Positions 56,789 through 64,000 of a stretch of 64,000 bases of DNA are shown here, in pieces. Within the stretch, counting starts at the first letter, position 1. Every line of letters begins with the position of its first letter. The notes beneath the pieces were generated by a model. That model was not told the DNA's origin and searched no databases. It saw only the letters and a program-made list of their open reading frames with translations. The stretch lies in assembly GCA_018240695.1 (NCBI GenBank), contig JAFEFH010000004.1, positions 1,032 to 65,031 of the forward strand. Direction: 5' to 3'. A program made the translations under genes and the position numbers. The stretch is from Pseudomonadota bacterium (GTDB lineage: Bacteria; Pseudomonadota; Alphaproteobacteria; Reyranellales; Reyranellaceae).

Positions 56789-57682
56789 TTATCGCACGAT
56801 CTCTTCCCAGGCGGGACAGGGACGCTCGGCGAACGGCATCTTCCAGCGGGCATAATTGCCGCGGTCGATCAGCTCGGCCGGCACCATGATCTCGCGCGGC
56901 ACCTGCTGGCCCGCGAGATGGCGCAGCACCGCGCGCGTGGCGATGGCCGCGATGTTGAACGCGCTGAAGTCGGCGCTGGCCAGCATCGTGCCGCGCTCAA
57001 TGTGTTCGATCGCCTGCGGCAGGCCGTTGATGCCGACGACCTGCGCCGTGCGGCCGGCCGCCCGGAGCGCGTCGAGCGCGCCGAAGGCCATCAGGTCGTT
57101 GGCCGTCCACACGCCGTCGATGCGCGGATGGCGCGCGAGCAGGGCGGCCATCGCCTCGGCGGCCGGCGGCTGTTGCAGGTAGCCGACCGCCATGTCGATC
57201 AACTGGACGCCCGGATAGCGCGCCACGGTCTCGCGCAGGCCCTGGACCCGGGCGCGGCTGGTGGGTGCGGCTTGCGGGCCTTCGAGTCCGACGATGCGGC
57301 CCTTTCCGCCCAACCTTTCGCAGAGGGCGGTCGCGGTGCGCCGGCCGATAGCTATATCGTCGGAGCCGACGAAGGTCAGGGCGGGCCCCTGCATGCGGTT
57401 GATGAACACCGCCACCGGGATGCCGGCGGTGGCGATGCGGACGAGGTCGTCCTGCATCTTCACGTCGTCTGCGGGGTTCAGGACGATGCCGGCGGGGCGG
57501 GCGGCCAGCGCCTCGCTCACCTGCGCCTTCTGCTCGTCGACGTCGTCGGGCGTCGCCGGCGCGTAATGGATGGTGCGGGCGCCGGCCTCGGCCGCGACCC
57601 GGTCGGCGGCCAGGCGCGCGGCGGCGTAGGCCGGATTGACCCGGTTCTTGGTGAAAACCGCGAGAATCGGGGGCTTTTCCAT
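56789..57682 (-). CDS. Sugar-binding periplasmic-binding-protein-like (RbsB/LacI fold) protein without signal peptide
   Basis: ATG 57682; FVGSDD, SRARVQG, GVWTANDLMAFGA, VVGING. Confidence 0.8.
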   Translation of the reverse strand: MEKPPILAVFTKNRVNPAYAAARLAADRVAAEAGARTIHYAPATPDDVDEQKAQVSEALAARPAGIVLNPADDVKMQDDLVRIATAGIPVAVFINRMQGPALTFVGSDDIAIGRRTATALCERLGGKGRIVGLEGPQAAPTSRARVQGLRETVARYPGVQLIDMAVGYLQQPPAAEAMAALLARHPRIDGVWTANDLMAFGALDALRAAGRTAQVVGINGLPQAIEHIERGTMLASADFSAFNIAAIATRAVLRHLAGQQVPREIMVPAELIDRGNYARWKMPFAERPCPAWEEIVR

Positions 57683-57725
57683 GCGCCCTATTTTAAGCCT
57701 TCCGCGCCCTATATCATCAGGCGCC

Positions 57726-60518
57726 ATGGCCACGCCGTACGATTCCATTCCCGACCGCCGCGCCATCGTGCGGCGGCGCGCGCTCGAGGAGGCCCTGGCC
57801 GCTCTGGTCGAGGACCGGCCGACGGGCGACGTGCCGCGCACCGAGGTACTGGCGATCCTGCGCGACGCGCTCGCGACCGGCCGCGCCGAGATCCGCCGCC
57901 GCTTCGAGGACGAGAAGGGCAAGCTGCGCAACGACGGGCCGGCGGTGCTGGCCGCGACCTCGTTCCTGATGGATCAGATCATCCGCGTGCTGTTCGACTT
58001 CGCGGAGAAGTACGCCTATCCCGCCGCCAACCCCAGCGCCGCCGAGCGGCTGGGCGTCGTCGCGACCGGCGGCTTCGGCCGCGGCGAGCTGGCGCCGCTG
58101 TCCGATCTCGATCTCCTGTTCCTGCGGCCCTACAAGCAGACGCCGCGCGGCGAGCAGATCGTCGAGTTCATGCTCTATCTCCTGTGGGACATGGGCCTGA
58201 AGGTCGGCCACGCCACGCGCACGGTCGAGGAGAGCATCCGCTATGCCGAGCGCGACCAGACGATCCGCACCGCGCTGCTCGAGGCGCGCTATCTGTGGGG
58301 CGACCGCGAACTCTACGACGAGCTGACGCGCACCTTCGCGCAGAAGTTCCTGGGCGGCGACGGGCGCGACTTCGTCGAGGCCAAGCTCGCCGAGCGCGAC
58401 CAGCGCCACCAGCGCATGGGCGACTCGCGTTACGTCGTCGAGCCCAACGTGAAGGAAGGCAAGGGCGGCCTGCGCGACCTGCACCTGCTGTTCTGGATCG
58501 CCAAGTATCTCTATCGCGTCGACGAACCGGCCGAGCTGATCGCCAAGGGCGTGCTGACCTCGGGCGAGGCGCGGCACTTCGAGCGCGCCGAGCGCTTCTT
58601 CGCCACCGTGCGCTGCCACATCCACTATCTCACCAACCGCGCCGACGACCGGCTGTCGTTCGATCTCCAGCGCGACATCGCGCGGCGGCTGGGCTACCAG
58701 GATCGGCCGGGCAGCCAGGGCGTCGAGCGCTTCACCAAGCACTATTATCTCCACGCCAAGACGGTCGGCGATCTCACGCGCATCTTCGTCGCCGCACTGG
58801 AAGACAGCCAGCGCCGCAAGCCCAAGCTCGCCGCGCTGTGGCAGACCCTGCGGCCGCGCCAGCTCGAGGGCTTCCGTCTCGACGGCGAGCGGCTGGGCGT
58901 CTCCGGTCCCGACATGTTCGAGAAGGATCCGGTGGCGATCCTGCGCCTGTTCCATGTGGCGCAGGAGAACGGGCTCGACATCCATCCCGCGACCCTGCGG
59001 CTGATCACGCAGAACATCCGCCTGGTCGACCGGCTGCGCAGCGATCCCGAGGCCAACCGTCTCTTCATGGAGATGCTGACCTCGCCGAACGATCCGGAGA
59101 CGACCTTGCGCCGGCTGAACGAGGCGGGTGTGTTCGGCCGCTTCGTGCCGGACTTCGGCCGGGTCGTGGCGCAGACGCAGCACGACATGTACCACACGTA
59201 CACGGTCGACGAGCACACGATCCGCGCCATCGGCATCCTCGCCAACATCGAGAACGGCACGCTGAAGGAAGACCATCCGGTGTCGACCGACGTGGTGCAC
59301 AAGATCCTGTCGCGCCCGGTCCTCTATCTCGCGGTGCTGCTGCACGACATCGCCAAGGGCCGCGGCGGCGATCACTCGGTGCTGGGCGCCGACGTCGCCA
59401 TGCAGGTCTGCCCGCGCCTCGGCCTCAGCCCGCAGGAGACGGAGACCGTGGCGTGGCTGGTGCGCAACCATCTCGCCATGTCGGCCACCGCGTTCCAGCG
59501 CGACCTGATGGATCCCAAGACCATCGAGGACTTCGCGGCCCTCATCCAGTCGCCCGAGCGGCTGCGCCTGCTGCTGGTGTTGACCGTGTGCGACATCCGC
59601 GCCGTCGGCCCCAATGTGTGGAACGGCTGGAAGGCCGCTCTCCTGCGCCAGCTCTATCACGCGGCCGAGCAGCTGCTGTCGGGCGGCACCTTGGCCGGCG
59701 GCCGCGCCGAGCGCATCAAGCAGATCCAGGGCGAGGTCGCCAAGCGCCTGACCGGGTGGACCGACGCCGAGAAGGACGAGCATTTCGGCCGCGGTTATGC
59801 GCCCTACTGGCTGTCGTTCGATCCCGACACGCTCGCGCGCCAGGCCGAGCTGGTGCGCCGCGCCGAGCGCGACAAGCAGCCGCTCGCCATCGAGCAGCGG
59901 GTCGACACGCACCGCTCGGTAACCGAGATCACGATCTACACGCTCGACACGCACGGGCTGTTCGCGCGGCTCGCCGGCGCCATGGCGATCAGCGGCGCCA
60001 ACATCGTCGATGCCAAGATCTTCACCCTGGCCAACGGCATGGCGCTCGACACCTTCTGGATCCAGGACCTCGACGGCCGGCCATTCGACGGGCCGCAGCG
60101 GCTCGCCCGCCTGTCGGCGCGGGTCGAGCTGTCGCTTTCCAACCGCCTCGACATCCAGCGGGAGCTCGACGCCCAGCGCAGCGCCTGGCCCAAGCGCGAC
60201 CGCGTCTTCACCGTCGAGCCGCGCGTGCTGGTCGACAACGCCGCGTCCGACACCTTCACCGTGATCGAGGTCAACGGCCGCGACCGGCCGGGCTTCCTGC
60301 ACGTCGTCACGCGCGCGCTGACGCGATGCAGCCTGCAGATCGCCTCGGCGCACATCACCACCTACGGCGAGCGCGCGGTCGACGTGTTCTACGTCAAGGA
60401 CGTGTTCGGCCTGAAGGTCGTGAACCAGGCCAAGCTGAAGCAGATCTCCGAGATCGTGAACGACTCGATCCGCGAGTTCGACGCCCGCTTCGATCCCGTC
60501 CCCAAGGCCGCCGAGTAG
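57726..60518 (+). CDS. glnD: [Protein-PII] uridylyltransferase/uridylyl-removing enzyme
   Basis: ATGGFGRGELAPLSDLDLL, EPNVKEGKGGLRD, HTYTVDEH...LLHDIAKG (HD), two ACT domains. Confidence 0.97.
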   Translation: MATPYDSIPDRRAIVRRRALEEALAALVEDRPTGDVPRTEVLAILRDALATGRAEIRRRFEDEKGKLRNDGPAVLAATSFLMDQIIRVLFDFAEKYAYPAANPSAAERLGVVATGGFGRGELAPLSDLDLLFLRPYKQTPRGEQIVEFMLYLLWDMGLKVGHATRTVEESIRYAERDQTIRTALLEARYLWGDRELYDELTRTFAQKFLGGDGRDFVEAKLAERDQRHQRMGDSRYVVEPNVKEGKGGLRDLHLLFWIAKYLYRVDEPAELIAKGVLTSGEARHFERAERFFATVRCHIHYLTNRADDRLSFDLQRDIARRLGYQDRPGSQGVERFTKHYYLHAKTVGDLTRIFVAALEDSQRRKPKLAALWQTLRPRQLEGFRLDGERLGVSGPDMFEKDPVAILRLFHVAQENGLDIHPATLRLITQNIRLVDRLRSDPEANRLFMEMLTSPNDPETTLRRLNEAGVFGRFVPDFGRVVAQTQHDMYHTYTVDEHTIRAIGILANIENGTLKEDHPVSTDVVHKILSRPVLYLAVLLHDIAKGRGGDHSVLGADVAMQVCPRLGLSPQETETVAWLVRNHLAMSATAFQRDLMDPKTIEDFAALIQSPERLRLLLVLTVCDIRAVGPNVWNGWKAALLRQLYHAAEQLLSGGTLAGGRAERIKQIQGEVAKRLTGWTDAEKDEHFGRGYAPYWLSFDPDTLARQAELVRRAERDKQPLAIEQRVDTHRSVTEITIYTLDTHGLFARLAGAMAISGANIVDAKIFTLANGMALDTFWIQDLDGRPFDGPQRLARLSARVELSLSNRLDIQRELDAQRSAWPKRDRVFTVEPRVLVDNAASDTFTVIEVNGRDRPGFLHVVTRALTRCSLQIASAHITTYGERAVDVFYVKDVFGLKVVNQAKLKQISEIVNDSIREFDARFDPVPKAAE

Positions 60519-60529
60519 GCGCGGCGTCC

Positions 60530-60694
60530 GTGGCCAACCCGTTCCTCGTCGTCGTGCTGGCGCTGCTCACGATCGCGGGGCTGGGCGGGGTCGCGCTGTT
60601 CCTGCTGCGGCCGGCGAAGGAAGAGGCGCCGCCGGCCGAGGAGTCGAACGTCCACCACGTCGACTTCGGCGGCGGCGGCCACACGCTGCACTAG
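60530..60694 (+). CDS. Putative 54-aa single-pass membrane protein
   Basis: GTG start 11 nt after the glnD stop; MANPFLVVVLALLTIAGLGGVALFLLRPAKEEAPPAEESNVHHVDFGGGGHTLH; GC3-rich codons. Confidence 0.55.
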   Translation: MANPFLVVVLALLTIAGLGGVALFLLRPAKEEAPPAEESNVHHVDFGGGGHTLH

Positions 60695-61971
60695 TGGCCG
60701 TAGACCAGCTGCGGCAGCCACATGGTGAGCGGCGGCCAGTAGGTGATGATCATCAGCACGATCAGCAGCAGGATCAGGAACGGCAGGATGCCGCGGATGA
60801 CCTCGCCGATCGGCGCCGTCGAGATGGTCGCCAGCACGTAGAGATTGAGGCCGACCGGCGGGTGGACCAGCGCGATCTCCATGTTGTGCGTGAAGATGAT
60901 CGAGAAGTGCACCGGATCGACGCCGAGCGGCACCAGGATCGGCGCCAGGATCGGCAACACCAGCAGCAGCGTCGCCACGACCTCGAGGAAGCAGCCCAGC
61001 ACCAGCAGCAGCACGTTGATGGCGAGCAGGAACTCCCAGGTCGAGAGATTGTGCGCGACCACCCACTTCACGAGCTCGGCCGGCACGCCCGAATCGGTCA
61101 TCCAGTGGCCGAAGGCGATGGCGGTGGCGACGATCAGCATGATCGTGCCGGCGCTCTTCAACGCGTCGGCGATCACCGACAGCGACTGCGTCCAGTGGAA
61201 GCCCTTGTAGAAGCCGAGGCTGATCACCATCGACGCCGCGGCGGCGATCGCGGCGGCCTCGGTGACGGTGACGAAGCCGCCATAGATGCCGACCAGCACG
61301 ATCACCGGCAGCATCAGCGCCGGCAGGGCGCGGCCGGTCACCCGCCAGCGCTCGGCCATCGGCAGCGACGGCTCGACCGGGAAGTTGTTCTTGCGCGCCG
61401 TGTACCAGACCCAGAGGAAGAAGGCGCCGGCCTGCAACAGGCCCGGCAGGATGCCGGCGAGAAACAGGCGCGGCACCGACTGCTCGGCCACGATGCCGTA
61501 GAGGATCAGCGCCAGGCTGGGCGGGATCACGATGCCGATCGTGCCCGAGGCGCCGATGACGCCCAGCGCGAACGAGCGCGGATAGCCCTTCTCGATCATC
61601 GCCGGCAGCAGGATCGTGCCCATGGCGAGCGCGGTCGCGACCGACGAGCCGCAGATCGCCGCGAACAGCGTGCAGGCCACGACGGTGACGAGGCCGAGCG
61701 AGCCGCGCACGCCGCCGATCCAGGCCGTGCAGAGATCGACCAGCGCCTTGGCGACGCCGCCCTGGCGCATGAAGGCCGCGGCCATCACGAACAGCGGCAG
61801 CGACATCAGCGTCGAGGAGTTCAGCGAATCGATGACCACCTGGGCCATGCCGATCAGCGGCTGGTCCGAGAAGAAGAACAGCACCGCCGCGCACGCGCCC
61901 AGCACCAGGAAGATCGGCATGCCCGAGGCGAGCAGGCCGAAGAACATCACGAAGAACAGGAAGGGCCACAT
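60691..61971 (-). CDS. dctM: TRAP transporter large permease
   Basis: LPLFVMAA, FAAICGSSVATA, GTIGIVIPPS, GGFVTVTEAA, HPPVGLNLYV. Confidence 0.93.
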   Translation of the reverse strand: MWPFLFFVMFFGLLASGMPIFLVLGACAAVLFFFSDQPLIGMAQVVIDSLNSSTLMSLPLFVMAAAFMRQGGVAKALVDLCTAWIGGVRGSLGLVTVVACTLFAAICGSSVATALAMGTILLPAMIEKGYPRSFALGVIGASGTIGIVIPPSLALILYGIVAEQSVPRLFLAGILPGLLQAGAFFLWVWYTARKNNFPVEPSLPMAERWRVTGRALPALMLPVIVLVGIYGGFVTVTEAAAIAAAASMVISLGFYKGFHWTQSLSVIADALKSAGTIMLIVATAIAFGHWMTDSGVPAELVKWVVAHNLSTWEFLLAINVLLLVLGCFLEVVATLLLVLPILAPILVPLGVDPVHFSIIFTHNMEIALVHPPVGLNLYVLATISTAPIGEVIRGILPFLILLLIVLMIITYWPPLTMWLPQLVYGH

Positions 61972-61976
61972 CGCGG

Positions 61977-62513
61977 TCAGTCCTTCGGAGCGATCATTTC
62001 ATGCTCGGCGGTGTGGCCGATGGTCATGCTCTGCGGATCGAACGCGAACACGTAGCGATAGAGGCGGATCGTGTAGCGCCCGAACATCAGCAGGCCGCCG
62101 ACGGGCAGCGCGCTGTAGTAGATCCACATCGGGAAGGAGAAGTCGGTCGCGCTGTGCTCGTCGAGCTCGAACGAGGAGTGCACGATGGCGAAGCCGTACC
62201 ACACCATGCCGACGCAGAAGGCGAGCGCCACGACGCAGTTGAACGCCTCCATCCAGCGCTGGCCGTTGATGCCGACGAGGCGCAGCACGAGATCGGGCCG
62301 CACGTGGCCGTCGCTGCGCACCAGCTGGCTCGAGATGATCATCACGCCCCAGACCACGAGGTAGACGATCACCTCCTCGGCCCACGAGATGGCGTATTGC
62401 GGGAAGAAGTAGCGGCCGACCACCTGGACGACCCCCACCACCATGGCGATCGCACCGAGCAGGCCCACCAGGGTCCTCTCGATGCGATCCCAGAACGTGT
62501 CGCGGTTCTGCAA
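61977..62513 (-). CDS. dctQ: TRAP transporter small permease
   Basis: TTG start; RYFF, WAEEVIVYL, GHVRPDL, four TM helices. Confidence 0.9.
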   Translation of the reverse strand: MQNRDTFWDRIERTLVGLLGAIAMVVGVVQVVGRYFFPQYAISWAEEVIVYLVVWGVMIISSQLVRSDGHVRPDLVLRLVGINGQRWMEAFNCVVALAFCVGMVWYGFAIVHSSFELDEHSATDFSFPMWIYYSALPVGGLLMFGRYTIRLYRYVFAFDPQSMTIGHTAEHEMIAPKD

Positions 62514-62516
62514 GCG

Positions 62517-63551
62517 TCAGGTCGCCGATCCGACGGCTTCCTTGACCAGACCGACGATGTCCGGCGAGAGCTTGGCGTCTTTGATCAGCGACGGCAGGTC
62601 GGCTATCATGCCCTTGCGGATCTCGGCCGCCTCGGCGGGCGAGGGATCGTGGAACTTCACGCCGTTGGTCTCCAGCACCTTGCGCGCGTTGGCCTGGCTG
62701 TCGGCCGACCCCTTGCGGTAGCCCGCGATGTTGGCCTGCCAGAGGTCGGTCATCATCTTGACCTGCGCCGGCTTCAGCTTGGCGGTGAACGCCTTGCTCA
62801 TCATCGGGATGTACTGGCCCATGAACTGGTGGTCGGCGTAGGAGTACTTCACGCCGGCTTCCCAGAGCTTGGCCGAGTTGCAGCTCTCGTCGGTCGACAC
62901 GAACGCGTCGAAGGTCCCCTGGCTGAGCGCCAGCGGCACGTTCGGCCACGCCGTGGTGTTGGGGATGCCGCCCGCGAACTTGATGCGCCACGAGATCGCG
63001 GCGCCGCCGGGGCTGCGGATCTTGAGGCCCTTCAGCGCGCTGAACTTGTCGAGCGGCGTCTTGGTCGAATACCAGTTCTGGTAACCGAGATCGATCCACG
63101 GCCCGAGCACCTGCGTCTTCAGCTTGGCCTCGAGCTCGCTGTTGATGCGATGCCCGGGCTTGCCGTCGGTCGCCTTGTAGGTGATCGCGGTCGGCACGCC
63201 GTAGAAATACGGCAGCTGGACCATGTCGCAGTCGGGCACGAGGCCCGTCAGCACCCAGGCGCCGGGCGCGGCCATGTCGACCTGGCCCTGGAGCAGCGCC
63301 TTCGACACGTTGAGGTCGGCGAAGAGCTGGCCCGAATGGAAGACCTCGCCCGCGAGCTCGCCGTTCGATTCCTTGGCGAGCTTGGTCACGAAGTCGACCA
63401 TCGCGACGTTGCGCGGATGGCTGGGCGCGGTGTCGAGCGAGCACTTGAACTTGATCGGCTCGGCGGCGCGCAGCACGGCGGGTGCGCCGAGCAGAACCGG
63501 AGCCGCGGTGAGGGCGCCGGCAAAGGCGCGCCGGGTGAGGCGTGTGGTCAT
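62517..63551 (-). CDS. dctP: TRAP transporter substrate-binding protein with Tat signal
   Basis: MTTRLTRRAF; VFHSGQL, GQVDM, LKGLKIRSP, LSQGTFD. Confidence 0.9.
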   Translation of the reverse strand: MTTRLTRRAFAGALTAAPVLLGAPAVLRAAEPIKFKCSLDTAPSHPRNVAMVDFVTKLAKESNGELAGEVFHSGQLFADLNVSKALLQGQVDMAAPGAWVLTGLVPDCDMVQLPYFYGVPTAITYKATDGKPGHRINSELEAKLKTQVLGPWIDLGYQNWYSTKTPLDKFSALKGLKIRSPGGAAISWRIKFAGGIPNTTAWPNVPLALSQGTFDAFVSTDESCNSAKLWEAGVKYSYADHQFMGQYIPMMSKAFTAKLKPAQVKMMTDLWQANIAGYRKGSADSQANARKVLETNGVKFHDPSPAEAAEIRKGMIADLPSLIKDAKLSPDIVGLVKEAVGSAT

Positions 63552-63692
63552 CGGTGAATCCTTCCCATCAGATGCCGGCCTGTTGCGCCGGCCGATCTGA
63601 ACGATCCTAGGCAGCGCGCGCAAGCGGGCCAAGGTCCACGCCATCATCGGGCGGAACTGCCGCAGGCTGCTCGGACTGACTACCTTGGATGA

Positions 63693-64000
63693 CTAGGGCG
63701 TCACCGATACCGCCGACGTACACGCCTTGCCGCCGGCTTCGCACACCGTGTGTCGTACGCGGCGGGCCTTCACATCGCTGCACGGCACGCCCAGGGCGCG
63801 CGACGTATCGAGATGCTGCTTCAGGGTCGCGCCGCCACCCGGCAGGATCGGATAGAGCACGCCTTCGCGATAGGCGGACTTCAATTCCACCGTGCGCTGT
63901 TGGCCGTCGGCCAGGGCGATCTCCACGTCGACCTGGAGATAGTCGATGGTTTCGCCGGACCTGTTCTGCACGACCAAGCTCGGCACGCAGCTGCCGAACA
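63693..64000 (-). CDS. Hypothetical protein, 3' fragment (open to the window end)
   Basis: Frame stays open to 64000 (FGSCVPSLVVQNRSGETIDYLQVD...); Cys residues suggest an exported protein. Confidence 0.55.
   Translation of the reverse strand, partial: FGSCVPSLVVQNRSGETIDYLQVDVEIALADGQQRTVELKSAYREGVLYPILPGGGATLKQHLDTSRALGVPCSDVKARRVRHTVCEAGGKACTSAVSVTP

Noticed and set aside
74-63557. Many long antisense or off-frame ORFs in the track (e.g. 29138-32167, 35820-39635, 46870-49266, 56519-60694, 57717-60353)
   Set aside because: Expected shadows of GC-rich coding sequence; Arg/Ala/Gly-rich, no motifs, and fully overlapping well-supported genes
1-64000. CRISPR arrays, rRNA and tRNA genes
   Set aside because: No spaced direct repeats or structural RNA signatures; intergenic gaps are short and otherwise explained

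Overview
High-GC alphaproteobacterial chromosomal segment (gene content and order suggest a Rhodospirillales/Reyranella-like organism; inference). It includes the chromosome-partitioning locus (mnmG-rsmG-parA-parB with two perfect parS sites inside coding sequence), so it is probably near the origin. Housekeeping genes include xth, hrcA, rph-rdgB-hemW, hspQ, tim44-mltA, lutABC, a porin, leuS-holA, mnmE, glnD and a TRAP transporter. No rRNA, tRNA, CRISPR, integrase or transposase was seen. Most notable: (1) an uncharacterised divergent locus of four glycosyltransferases and a histidine phosphatase facing an ABC exporter with a degenerate, insertion-split ATPase, a stand-alone cyclic-nucleotide-binding protein and a methyltransferase; (2) a coupled MBL hydrolase-methyltransferase-class III cyclase operon; (3) a candidate general-stress (EcfG-type sigma) module: an encapsulin plus encapsulated-ferritin operon with a perfect GGAAC-N16-CGTT promoter, and a coupled katE-ligD-ku operon with a near-perfect one, the latter in a ~10.7 kb block that separates mnmE from mnmG; (4) a two-component module with a mirror-symmetric divergent promoter; (5) two palindromic intergenic elements and a dual-coding rsmG/parA overlap. 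Product names come from recognised motifs, not database searches.
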